Origin: Lama guanicoe | Taxonomy: Eukaryota | DNA length: 64,000 nt | Direction: 5' to 3' | NCBI GenBank assembly: GCA_013239625.1 | Contig: MU053810.1 | Coordinates: forward strand, 2,863,518-2,927,517 | Shown: positions 50,901 through 63,720 of the stretch, piece after piece | Layout: each line of letters opens with the position of its first letter | Numbering within the stretch: the stretch's first letter is position 1 | Notes under the pieces: model-generated | What the model saw: only the letters and a program-made list of their open reading frames with translations | Told to the model about the DNA's origin: nothing | The model's database searches: none | Made by a program: the position numbers and the translations under genes

Positions 50901-53900
50901 TATCAAAACATCATACCCATTAAGATCAAATGTATTTACTTTTAAATGTAATTTTTATGCTAGCTATAAGAAAATAAATTTTATGAAATAACCATTATTT
51001 AATTAATTTCTTTACATACACCTAATAAATGTCCACTCAATATACAAAACATTTCTTGTCTTAATTACATTTTCAAAATTGTGAAAATATTCTGAAAATA
51101 TTCTTAACATTATTACAAGTCTATGAAAGTTTTAAAACTAGACATACTTTTTATTCTAGAATAGATGTCAAAGTGAACTTAGAAATTTATTCCAAGCACA
51201 AAACTACATTCTCAATAAACTGAGTATCAAAAACAAAAGGAAATGGAAGGATTAAAGAAACATGAAATCTATTCTCAATTCAAATACCTGACATAAAATC
51301 TAAGATGAATACTTAAACACAAATTGAATATTAGAATTTCAACATTCTGTTAAACCAGTCTATGTATCAGGTCTGAAATAAAAGTTTAAAGTGTACATAA
51401 AAAACCTAAAATTATTAATTTAATTCATATGCATGCATTTTCTTAATATAACAGTTTAACACATATATGCCATTGTATCTTTTAAAATTTTCTTTTCCCA
51501 GGTCATCTTCAGTTACATAAATTCACTTAGCTATTAATTATTACTTTCATGCTACAGTTCAATATGATAGCAAGAGGACTAAGTAAACACAGATTTATTT
51601 AAGAGCTCATCAAAATATTAAAATAATAAAATATTACCTAGCTGACATTTATAGAACAGATGAATAGAAAGTTGAAAATTTTCTACAAAGTTCCTGATGT
51701 TTACATTACCATTATTTTTTATTGGTAACTAATAATTTCACTATCCTCAAAGTATCACAAAATATATATTATAGACATACAGTTACATTCATGTAATATA
51801 TAATCACTCTATACACTTGACTCTGCCTCACATGGCATGACTATTTTGTTAACCTTCATTAATAAGCTACTAATTCACACTGAAGTTTCGTTTTTAGATT
51901 ATCAGCTAATTTTTTTTTAACATGCCAATGAATTTGGGAGATACATATACAACTACAATTTTTGCAGACCATCAAACTTGTATTTGGATGCAAAGAAATT
52001 TGTTTCATAAATCAGGGCTACTTCACTTAAAAGAATACTAACATAAAATTTATATTTAAAAGTAAAGTAAAATAATACTTTTATCGAAAAAAGTACATCT
52101 CTATTAAATTAATATGGCCTTTCATTTAGTGTTATTCACCTTCATAAAAATTTAAAGGATAGAGAAGACTAAATTCAGAGGGTTTATTCATTGACATATT
52201 TTGGTTTTTAGTTTAAAAAGTCATGGTGTTGTTAGAGAAGTAATCATGCATTTTTTTTTTCTATTTAGTAATGGAAATCTTAAGGAAAGGGGATTGATCT
52301 AGGGTGGGGGACAACCCCAAGATATCATTTGTGTAGTACAACTTCACTAAAAACTTTTTTCAAAAGAAGATGAACCTTGGGAAAGTATTTCAATAGCTAT
52401 TTAGGTGGCCTTATGATAAAAGATAAAATGAGACTTAGATTTTTTTTATGTATTTTTTTTCAAAAGTAAAATAGGAATTCTTCAAGGCTAGAATATATGA
52501 AAATAAATAAAATTTTTATTGAAACAAAATAACTAGAGAGCTAAACTGTTTTTCTAGCTGCTGTACGAGCATATTTAAATAGTACTGAAAGCTATCCAAC
52601 AATAATGTAAAGTCAAAACTTCAACACAGAGTGAAAAGACAAACAATATTAGAACACATATATAACCAATGGGATATAGAGTTGTCCAGAGGCATTTCAA
52701 GAATTGACAAACGTAATCTGCTTTGTTCAAAGTCTGTATTAACAGCAGGAGCTGTGTCACAGCCTTTTTTTTTTTTTTGTATAGTGATAGAATGCTCTGA
52801 CAAATCCAAAGACTCTTATTAGAAACTATAACAATAACTACAGATTTCCTTGTGCTCCTTATACTTTCAACATACAGTTTAATAAAAATCTGTTTAAGTA
52901 GACTACCTTTCAGGAAAACTTATTTTTAAAAAACTAGTTGATAAAAGGAAATGAGAAGTCTGTCCTTTTCTACTTAGTTTTTGTCTTACTGACAAGTTAC
53001 TGTGACTGATGTTTATAGTGCTAATCCTGAAAGTGAGCGTAACGCTCTAACAGTAAATGTTGGTCAATAGGAATGCTTCATTGCATGTTTTGGCACTACT
53101 ATCAGTAAGATAAAAATATAATCTAAGTAAACTTTAAATACTAGGGATGATACTACATAACACCAACATGCTGGTTAAAAAGGAGAAAATGCAACTCGGC
53201 AACCTCAACGTAAAACAGAGGAATTATCCCTCCACTGAATTAAAGACAGTTTTAAACTTGTTTGACTGTGGCAAATAACAACTGCATGCTTTTTCTTTTC
53301 CCTTTATAAAATAGTTTGACATGTAAAATTAACTTGATATACATATGGATATATATGTAAATAACTTCTTCACAGGGCAAGTGCGTCAGAGAAATGGAGA
53401 ATGTTTCAGTTTCCTTTTGCAAGAAAGATCCTTCAAGCTAAAATTTAAGTTGAAACTTAACCATAACTGTTTTAAATGAATTTATTTCATTAGTAAATAT
53501 TACAAGGTTATCCTTTATAGATATTTGTAGTAGCGTAACAATTTTTTATTTGGAGTTTTCCTATCCTTGATAAACAGACCGTATCTTTTTAAGTTCATTT
53601 CATTACACAATGAAAGCTAATTTAATGCAATTATATTGGTTTAGGAGGTATTAATAACAAAAGGAAATGCTTAAAATAATGAGATGATTTGAAGTATGTT
53701 TCTTCTTAAGAGTCCCAAAACCTAGTAAGATAAGAAACAAAGTAACACACAGTTTTCTAGATTTACTATGGAGGTAATAAACAAGCCAAATATACTGCAA
53801 ATTTAGGTGGCTTTATACATAACCTGAAATGACTTTATATATTATTTGCTTAGCCAAAAAGAAAATCAGCTGTTGCTAACACTATCATTAAATGTAATTA

Positions 53901-56080
53901 TAAAGTATTAGTGGTAATTACTCTATTTCAGTGAGCTTTTTGTCTCAATAGAGAATAAGTAAGAATTTCATTTAAGAAACTGAAGGAAAAAAAAACTGAA
54001 AAGTAAAAACACCTCAAATCATTTTGCATGCTTCTTATGATTTTCTAGTTATACATTCTATCTCAACAAAAAACAATTACCTCACATCAATATCAAATCA
54101 AATATTATTCACACTTTCCTGCTAACATTTTTAGTACTAAAAATACCAGCTGTAAACCAATAGCATTTACTTACTGAAATGCTTTATAAGACATCAAAAT
54201 TAATCCAGGTAACAGTATATGAGCAGGATAGTAAGGAAACTTACTATTCTTGTTTCCAGTTTCCTTGCTCTTCTAAAAGAACTAGACACTAAAATCAACA
54301 GTGTACTGAAAATATTAACCACAACCATATCTTTCTCTAATAAAAATGACCACCACATTTCCACAAATCAGTGATAATGAACCCTTTGACTATAAAAGGA
54401 AATCATTTCCGATGAGAGTAAGAATATTTACTACTTATAGAACATGTGTGTTCTTTAAAAGGTTATTTTACAAAAAAAATTCCTAAATTTTGGTTAAGTT
54501 AATTTTTAATTGGGGTATTGAATTGGAAAACTATGTTCTCTTAAAAACTCAAATGTTGAATAATAGGCATAACAATTAACACTATAGATGGCCATTTTAT
54601 TTAATCAACTTTATTATTGACATAAAAGATACAGATGGTGAAAGTTAATTGATATAGACAATGCAAAAAAAAGCAACACCATCCCACACATCCCTTTCTG
54701 AATCAATTACACTATCCCTCTGTAGAGGCAATAATTTTAAATGTCTGCATTCGAGGTTCTCATTTTTCTCCACAATATTAAGTCCACAATATTGTCATGT
54801 TTTATACTAGCATTTCTTGAAATATGAGTATTAACATTTTTTGTTACTACTTTCTGTGATAGATGAAATTGAGAACACACAGAATTCAAGTCACCTCTCT
54901 TTAATTTCAGGTTATATTTGATCATTTAAGTCATTTTTATCCTAGAATGTCATGTTTTAAATATGGTGCAATACTGAATTTAGGTACCACATTTCTTGTT
55001 AATAATATGCCTTCTACTAAATTGTTAGATATGCAAGCTCATCCTAATACTAGTTAGGAACGTTTGACTAACACTTTTAACACACTTTTTTCAACAAATC
55101 CTAACAATGAAAGAGAAATTTAAGATACTTAAATAGCCAAACTATTGGTGACCTTGGTGAATCAGTTTCCCTAATTACAAATGACATATATTCATCCTTA
55201 AATATTACTTGGAAAATATCCATTCTGCATTCAACGTATTATGTAAAACAATATAAAGCACGTATTAGGAAAGACACAGCAAATGTTCTGCCTTAGAAAG
55301 TACTGAAGCTCCATCTAGAGGCTTTCCCCCTGTTACTGTCACTTGCAATATAGGTAATATCACCTAGAAATGTGAATAATATTACAAAGTCAGAGATTTC
55401 TTTTGTATCTACTCTTGTTATTCATAATGAGTTCTTGCCCTAACCTCCTTAGGGTAGCTCTTAGCTCCATCACTGCCATCAAGTGGTAAAAAACGAAAAC
55501 TGAACTGTGAAAGGGAAAAAAAAAAAAGGAAAAAATTTAAGTACTCTATACCACTTACACCCCTCTTTTTTCAGTTAAAGAAATGAGTTTGCTCTTTCCT
55601 TCGGTCATTTATTATCTTAATAATTGTGGAGACAATAGATTTGCCATCTGTTTCTAGGAAACTCATTATCTGTAAATCTGAAATTTTTCTGGATATTTTT
55701 ACATTTTAAACTATATAAAAATACTGTGAATTAAGTCATTATGTAGTTTAATGATATACTTAATGTAAGTACAGTTCATAAATTACTTCACTGATAGGGA
55801 TAACAGTGAGAAACACAAAGAATTACTTAAGTTAATGAATTTTATAGTGCATTACAACAGTTATTAAAGGAAAAAACCCACAGTGTGACTAAAATAAGCA
55901 TTTTCTATTACCTCTAAAAATAATCTAGATTTTAATAAATTGAACACTCTGATGGTACTCTCAGGATGTGGTGACAGCAAAATGTCCCAAAAATGTCTCC
56001 CACAGCCTATGGATGGAGAAAGATCTTTCCTGGATAAGGATTTAACACTGTGGAAAGCAAAAGCAAAAAAAAAAAAAAAT

Positions 56081-56221
56081 TTTTTTTATATTTTATTTTC
56101 TTTTCGGTGGGGGGAGGTAATTAAGTTTATTTATGTATTTTTTAACGGAGATACTGGGGATTGAACCTAGGACCTCGAGCATGCTGAGCGCTCGCTCTAC
56201 CACTTGAGCTATACTCTCCCC
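56081..56221 (-). mobile_element. Camelid vic-1-like tRNA-derived SINE, full length
   Basis: ggggggaggtaattaagtttatt...gatactggggattgaacctaggacctcgagcatgctgagcgctcgctctaccacttgagctatactctcccc; TSD-like agcaaaa..aaaaatttt on both sides. Confidence 0.9.
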
Positions 56222-56744
56222 AGCAAAAGAAAAAATTTTAACCATGAGGAATCAAGTCAGAAATTCAATTCAAATCAAAATTATTTAGTATCTTTCTTTC
56301 TTTTTTTTTAAATGAAAGCATACTTCCTGAATTATGCTACAGGAGTTAGAACTGTCAAAGGAACAAAACTGCCAACTACAGAACCCAGGGACCACTGAAA
56401 CAAGGTCTCAGTTCAAGGGATGCCACTCTGTGAGATGCATCAGTTATGACTTAATCGTTAAAAATTTTACAAAATTATTTGTATGCGAAATAGTATGTAG
56501 GAGTGTAATTAAATTAGTTAAGTCTCACAGTTGTGTTCAGAAACTCCCCAAATTGCTAAAATAGATTTTAATGGACCATTCCTTCTGTTTTATATATTTG
56601 TAAGATGAAAATTCCAGAATACTCTGATTTTATTATTTTTATTGGATTCAAATTTTTATTGAGACACTTGTTTACAAATCACAGAGAAACTGAAAATTTT
56701 GTAGCTTTGATTGTAGGTATGAATTACCATGTTAAAATTAACAA

Positions 56745-56975
56745 TAACAGTCACTGTTCATCAAGATCCTAATATGTGCCAGGTACTATTCTAGGTATTT
56801 TACATGTATTGGTCTCTCAACAATCCTGTAATAACAATTCTGTAATATAGGTACTATTAATATTATATAGACAAGGAAGCTGAGGCACAGAGAGGTTTAT
56901 AACCACCAACAGTCACACAGTAAGTGGTGGACATGAGATATGAACCTAAGCAGTCTGTCTGGGTAGACTCACTTT
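56745..56975 (-). mobile_element. MIR SINE
   Basis: tatgtgccaggtactattctaggtattttacatgtatt...gacaaggaagctgaggcacagagaggtt...atatgaacctaagcagtctg. Confidence 0.85.
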
Positions 56976-56984
56976 CATAAAAGG

Positions 56985-57224
56985 TAGGTTCTCTCAACCT
57001 TGTCACTGTTGACATTTTGGACCAGAAAATTCTTTATTTGGGTAGGATGCTGTTTCATGTATTACAGGATGTTTAGCAGTATCCTTAGCTTCTACCGCCA
57101 GAGGCCATTAACATCACCTCAGCACACCCCAACCCCGAGTTATGATAATCACAATGTCTCTAGACATGTCAAATGTCTGGGGCAAGGAAGATTGAGAGGC
57201 ATTGCCGCCAGTTGAAAATCACTG
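56985..57224. mobile_element. MER20 (hAT-Charlie)
   Basis: ttctctcaaccttgtcactgttgacattttggaccagaaaattcttt...aggatgtttagcagtatcc...aatgtctctagacatgtcaaatgtc...ccagttgaaaatcactg. Confidence 0.9.
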
Positions 57225-57616
57225 ATATAAGATCATTTAATCTGCCCTAACATTGCAGAAACAAATGATGACCAATTAAACGGAAATTAGTTCTCCTCAA
57301 TTTTAAAGTATTTACAACAATACAAAAATTTAAGTTCTATAGATGGTTTATGATAGTAATACTCTAAGTCTTAGTATTTAGGGGATGACATGCTATATAA
57401 TTAAAACTCCAAAGGGAAAACCTCACAATACAAGGTTTATGTAGGCCAACATGAAAATAACGAAGGAGATACATAAATTTCAACCAAATTTATAAAAGCA
57501 GTTACCTCTGGCAAGTGGGACTGAGGGACAAAGTTTGGAAATTTCATCTTTTATGCATTTTTATGTATTTTCGTATTGTGTTAAATTTTTTTCAAACATT
57601 TTGCTTTTTCACTAAG

Positions 57617-57985
57617 TTTTTTTTTTAGAAACCAAATTTTAGGAAAGACTTTTTCTTTCTGACTTCAGCACTTCAGTTACTGTAGGACTGAGGGTGGGGA
57701 GGTGATGAAACTGAGGAGGGACCCAGCCAGCTGAGTGTCTGCCCATCAGTCCACCCAAAACTGAGGGCTTCAGTCCACAGCTCACATCAGGCTGGTTCAG
57801 GGCCCACGTTGCCATGTCTGGCCGGGGCAGCCCCACTCCCACCCCAGGCAGGGATTCTTCCAAGGGCTTAATTTTCCGCGCTGGGCCTAGAAGAATCTCT
57901 TTCCAGGTTTTTCATGATGTTTTCCCATAAGCTGTTTTCAATGGTTTTCCTGTATTTCTTCCTGTTATGGTCTATCTTACATGCT
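57617..57985 (-). pseudogene. Candidate 5'-truncated processed pseudogene (CDS end, 3' UTR, poly-A); parent not recognised
   Basis: Minus strand: open frame ending ...LWENIMKNLERDSSRPSAEN* (stop 57868-57870), ~240 nt GC-rich UTR-like sequence, A10 run (57617-57626). No clear TSD. Confidence 0.45.
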
Positions 57986-59924
57986 AACATAGGAAATATA
58001 ACAGATTCATGATAAAATTAATAAAAATAACTGTGCCTAAATAGACAAAAATATTAATTAGATGGTTAACCATGGATTTTTAAAGCTAGCAAACTGAATA
58101 ATAATTAAGAGGACACTCTAGAGGTATATATTTTCAACAGTGCTGCTTAAAGAGGTGTAGAAAAGTGGGTATGCATTTTTCTTTTCAAATAATTTTTATT
58201 TTTTCTAGAATCCTTTGCAATAAATAACCATACACACTTTGCCAATCCCCAATTACAGCAAGATTTCTAATTACTTTTGATTATTCAGAAATCCTTTAAA
58301 GAAAACACAGTAGAAGTGCTCTTCTATTCATTTAACTTTAAATTTTCTCATTGTCATTTTTATTTCTTTTCCTTCATCTTCCTACTTATTTCTACTGTTG
58401 TAAACTAAATTGTACATACTACATTGCATCCTCTTCTTTTGGTCAGTATACATAACAATTTGCCATTTTGTTTCATAAATTAATAAAGTAATGTTTATAA
58501 TGTTTATGTTCATTCAAGTCATGTTTATAGTTCCATTTAATTTAGTATCCATTATCCATTCCCTGTTGATCTCTGCAATGACTTTGTACTATACCAACTT
58601 GGCAACTAAATATTTTTCACACTTTTACCTTCTTTTCTGTCCTCACTGCTTTTATTTAGGCTCCAATCTTTTTTGTTTTCTTTTCTTTTCCGTTGCTTTG
58701 TCTCTTTATACTTTTGCTATCTATTAGCTATGCAAGTAATACATGAATAAATAAAAATTTAAATAACACAGAGTAAAACATCTCCCTTAACTATCCTCCC
58801 CGGCAAACCCCACTCCCCTAACAGAAGTAATTATGGTTATCAGTTTGGTGCATATACATAATTCTAGATTTTAAAAAAATTTACTTTCATATATGTGTAC
58901 ATGTAGAAACGTTCCACTTCACATTACACAATCATTAATCAAAACACCTAGCATTAAAAAAAAAAAAAAAACCTCATAATGTCTGCTTTTGTCCATTCCC
59001 ATATTGCTTTGCTGGGTTTTGGTGTTAATATTCATTTTCATACAAGATATGGTACTTTTAACACTAGTTTTACTAAGGATTTGGCTTATTATTGGAAATG
59101 TTTAATTGAAAATAAAATAGTGTATCCTTTACACAATGGTAACACAAATACAGAAACTAAAACTAAAACGGTAATTAGATTTTAAAAGTTTAACAAAAAT
59201 ATTTTTTGTAAGTATTAAAATATTAGAATGATCAATGAAGGTTTTATTTTCTTTCTGGTATATAGCTATATTTTTAAATATCTTTATTGAAGTATAAACC
59301 ATAAAAGTTACCTGTTTTAAATACACAGTGATTTTTTTAGTAAATAGTTATGCAAGGCTATTGCAATCTAGCTTTACAATATTTCCAACGCCTCAGAAAG
59401 ATCTCTCATGCCTGTCTCTACAGATTTTCTGAACATTTCTTATAAACAGAAGGGATGAGGTTTTTCTGATACATTTAAATATCAGATTTAGCAACAAAAA
59501 TTTATTTTTTTGCATTAACTATTTTGCTGAAATTTTTCCTAAAAGTTATTAACATATTTTGCCCATTTGATAAGGATGGTATAAATATAACTGAACTCTT
59601 TCCCTACTTTCCCTCCCTCTTATTCTTTCCTTTCCTCCTTTGGCCAGTTTTCACTCTTGCAGTATTTCTCACTCTCAACAGACAACAGTTTTTCAGTACA
59701 GTATACATGGAAGGCATAAGAAATGGATTTTTCCATACCGACTCCATTACAAATCCTGATAGTTTAATAAAAAACAAAACAGAAATCCAACATATGAACA
59801 TATCATATACTTGAGATGTTTTACTTTCTCCTAAATGTATAATACATTTTTTAACAATTGATGATAAATCCGTTTAATCCAAGTCTCTTAAAATTTGGAA
59901 TTCTATCCCCAAATGGAATTCTTT

Positions 59925-60295
59925 CTCCAAACAGAAATCCATCCTCCAAAAAATTCTAATGTCACCCTTGCTTGACTCCTCTTTCTCTCACAGTCCTCAT
60001 TCAATTCATTAGCAAATCCTGATGGTTCTATTATTAAAAGTATATTCAGATTCTGAACACTAATTTCTTCACCATTACCACAATAGTGCAAAGCCACCAT
60101 CATTTTGTTCTTCTGCTTGAGTCATTAAAAAAACTTCTAACACAACTCCTGGCTTCAGCCCTTGCCAGGCCCCTTTCCTCAACAGTCTGTTTTCAGCACA
60201 GCAGTGAGACTAAAACAAAAAATAGATCCATTCAAAAACCTCCAACAGCCTTCCCTTTTACTTAGATCAAAAAGTCAAAGCCCTTAGTGATTACA
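59925..60295 (+). mobile_element. L2 fragment (resumes ~61470-61960 after L1 insertion)
   Basis: gtcacccttgcttgactcctctttctctcaca...caaagccaccatcatt...aaaaacctccaacagccttccc. Confidence 0.75.
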
Positions 60296-60299
60296 ATTA

Positions 60300-61460
60300 A
60301 TATCTTAAACTTATAACAACCTAGCTTAATATTTAACAACATAACCACTAAGAAGGAACTAAAAAAAAAATTTTTTTTAAAGAAAGAAGAGAATAAAACG
60401 AGGCACCACAAAAAAACAACTAAAAACAAAACGAGGCAGTAATGGAGAGATTCGGGAACAAAAAAGTACAAGCTATAGAAAACAAACATCAGTGGACACT
60501 ATCAAAAGGGTGAAAAGAACCACAGAAGACGGAAAATATTTGTAAATTATGTATCTGATAAAGGGTAAACATCTAGAACACATAAAAAACTTCTACAACT
60601 CACAACAAAAAGACAAACAATCCTGTTAGAAAAAAATGGGCAAATGACTTGAATAGACATTTCTCCAAAGAAGATATACAAATGGCCAAAAGTGTATGGA
60701 AAGCTGCCCAACATCACCAACAATTGGGCAAAATGTAAATCAAAATCATAATAGATACCACTTTAGGACTACCACAGAGGCTACCATTTTAAAAAAGGGA
60801 AAATAGTAAGTATAGACAAGGTTACAGAGAAATCAGAACCCTTAAACATTGCTGGTGAGAAGTAAAATGGTGCAATCATTATGGAAAGCAGTACGGATGA
60901 CGGTTCCTCAAAAAGGTAAACATCGTATGACACCATGATCAATAAGTCCACTTCTCAGGATACACTCTAAAAACTGAAAGCAGGGACTCAAACAGATATT
61001 TGTACACCAATGTATATAGCAGCATTATTCACAATAGCCAAAAGGTGGAAACAACCCAAGTTCATCAACAGATGAATGCACTGGAAAATTATTCAGCCAT
61101 AAAAAGCAATGAAGTACTCATATGTGCTACAGCATGGATGAACCTTGATGCTAAGTGAAATACGCCAGCTACAGAGGAGCAAATACTGCATGACTGCACT
61201 TATATGAAGTCCCTGGAATAGGCAAATTCATAGAGAGAAAATAAATTAGAGGTTACCAGGGGCTAGGGGAAGGGAAGATGGGAAGTTACTGCTTGGTATG
61301 TACAGTGCTTCAGTTTGGAGAGATAAAAAAAACTTTGGAAACAGATGGTGGTTAGGACTGTACAAGACTGTGAATGTATGTAATGCCACTAAATTGTGCA
61401 CTAAAAATGGTTAAAGTAACAAACTTTTCATTTACTTACTTTATCCACTTTTTTTTTAAG
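60300..61460 (+). mobile_element. L1MB-type fragment inserted in L2
   Basis: aaatgacttgaatagacatttctccaaagaagatatacaaatggcc...gaggttaccaggggctagggg...aatgccactaaattgtgcactaaaaatggttaa. Confidence 0.88.
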
Positions 61461-61469
61461 GTTTTACAA

Positions 61470-61960
61470 TCACATTAAAACCTCTAAAGACCTTTAAGTG
61501 GCTTACAAAGTCACAATGACCTGATGTCTCATTATCTCTCTGATCTCATCTCTAACCACTTTCCCTCTGGCTTTGTCCACACCCACCTCCTGGAGGTTCC
61601 TTGAACACGGGCACAGTCCTGCTCAGAACCTTTACCTGTGCCAATCTCTCTGCCTGAAATGGACTTCCCTCTCATCCTGATGGCTCACATTCTTCCTCCC
61701 TCATGTCTTTGCTCAAGTACCACCCTTTCAGTAAGGGCTCCCCTGACTATCCTATTCAAAACTGCAGCCCCTCTCCCAACACATCCCATCCCTCTTCTCG
61801 GCTATATTTTTCTCCACAGCATTTTAACTATCAGGGGTGTGAGTGTGTGTCTGTATATACACATAAAAAAACTAATTTATTGTCATTCTCTTCCTCTAGA
61901 ATGCAAACACCACAAGGGCAGGAATTTTGCCACATATGACTTCCATTCATCATCCACTGC
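61470..61960 (+). mobile_element. L2 fragment (continuation)
   Basis: ttatctctctgatctcatctc...gctcagaacctttacctgtgcc...cctctagaatgcaaacaccacaagggcaggaatttt. Confidence 0.78.
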
Positions 61961-62819
61961 CAAAACCTTAGCCTTGGCCATACCAACCTTCAAGGGAAGT
62001 TGGTGAGCACAGTCTTGAGCTTGGCGGCTATAAGCTGTACATTTATTCATAACTTAGGAAATTTTGGTGGATAACTAGCACAAGAGACTCATATCAGTTG
62101 GAGACCACTTCAAATTAAATTCTCCACTTAAAGTTTTGTCCTATGTAAGTCACATACCTTAGGACCACCAACTTACATGAGGACTCACTGATGGTTACAG
62201 AATTTCAGGGGAGATGTAAAAACAACCAGGTTGATATAGGCAAGTTTTGACACTCTGAGTAATGCTAACTTTTAGGCCAGCTGCGCAGGGCATTTTTTTC
62301 CTATTTTATTCAGTATTTTGATTCACCTGAGAGGATCATTCAGCATCATTCCACTGCAGTACCAACCACATGTACTGCCTACTCTTTTAAACTGTGCAAG
62401 GTGGCAGCAATTCACTGAATGATCACAGATCAAAAACCAAAACAAAGGTTACAAAGTTTGCCAACAGCTTTAAGCTTTTAATCCTAGAATAGTTACAAAA
62501 CTTATCATTTACAAATCTACAACTCAGTCATTATCTTCTAAAACAATAGAAATAACTGGTGTCAAGTTTCCAAAGTGACCCATTATATTCAACACCATCC
62601 TTTAATTATAAATGCATATTTGAATAGTTTTATACTGCACAATTAAAGTTCCATTAGAATTTTTTCCAGAATTTTCACTCAGCTATTTGCTACCTAAATT
62701 GGTCCGTATCTTTTCTTTTCTACAAGTCACTACTCCCTTCAAAGTAAAAGTTTACGTAAGTGAAAGAATATACAAGGAACTCAATAAAAGTACATTCTTG
62801 TAAAAACTAAGATAAAAGA

Positions 62820-63008
62820 ATAGCTCTAATATTTATTGAGCAATATATGCTACATGTATCATAATACTGAAACCTCACAACCACCTTATAAGGTAAGGGC
62901 TGCTTATCTCACAGATGAGAAAACTAAGATTTATAGACTTAATGCCTCTTACCCAAGACCACACAATCAGTAAGTATTACAGCAACTCAACTCTGAGCTC
63001 TTAGCCAC
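62820..63008 (-). mobile_element. MIR SINE
   Basis: atatttattgagc...cctcacaaccaccttataaggta...cacagatgagaaaactaag...acccaagaccacacaatcagtaag. Confidence 0.75.
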
Positions 63009-63009
63009 C

Positions 63010-63720
63010 ACGCTTTAAAATAAACATTTCCCCCACATTTTAAACTCTTTAAAATCAGGGTGAATCTTACAATTGTTGGTGTGTGACAGCTGCTGCTGCA
63101 GCAATTCTAAGTGACAACAGCGAGGCGGCTGAGGTTCCCTGTGTGTGCATGAACCTCCAAAGCACTAGTACCAAGACTTGCAGAATTTGGGTTGGAAGAA
63201 AGTCCTAGAAATGATCCTGGAACACTCCTTGTAATTCCTAAGAACCAAACAATTGTGAGGAGAGGAGTGGAAAAGGGAAACTGGACATATTTAGCAGCAT
63301 TTCCAAAGTGGGTATCAAAAGTAAGCTAACGCCACATAATTGCAAAGGTGACTTAAGAACTCAGCACCAGTGGATTCCAATTCTTTTTCAGAAATGCCGC
63401 ACAGAGGAAGACTCCGTGTAGAAAAAACTGAACATCAGTGATCAAGTCAAAAAGTGATTCAATCCATGAATGACCAAAAAATTGTGCTGAACACTGGAAT
63501 TTGACACAACATTGTAAAATGATTATAAATCAATAAAAAATGTTAAAAAAAGTGATTCAAAACAGACTCTGAATGTAAAGAACTTCAGCAATTCTTTAGC
63601 CAATTTATTTCACATATATTTTCCATTTTCAGGTATGTGTGAGAGTTATAAATAATCTCTCAACTGTGATAGAGTTCTTTTGATAAACATGAAAATTCTA
63701 AATGGTAAAAAGCTTTGGCA
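63010..63720 (+). mobile_element. TcMar-Tc2 (Kanga/MER104-like) DNA transposon fossil
   Basis: Terminal-like cacattttaaactctttaaaatcagggtgaatcttacaattg; transposase-like remnant tggaagaaagtcctagaaatgatcctggaacactcc (WKKVLEMILEHS). Confidence 0.6.
63463..63546 (+). mobile_element. 84-bp extreme 3' end of a lineage-specific L1 with perfect 14-bp TSD
   Basis: tgtgctgaacactggaatttgacacaacattgtaaaatgattataaatcaataaaaaa; TSD aaaaagtgattcaa at 63449-63462 and 63547-63560. Confidence 0.85.

Noticed and set aside
61638..62006. Longest ORF in the track (122 aa)
   Set aside because: Lies within a pyrimidine-rich L2 fossil, starts at GTG and shows no family similarity.
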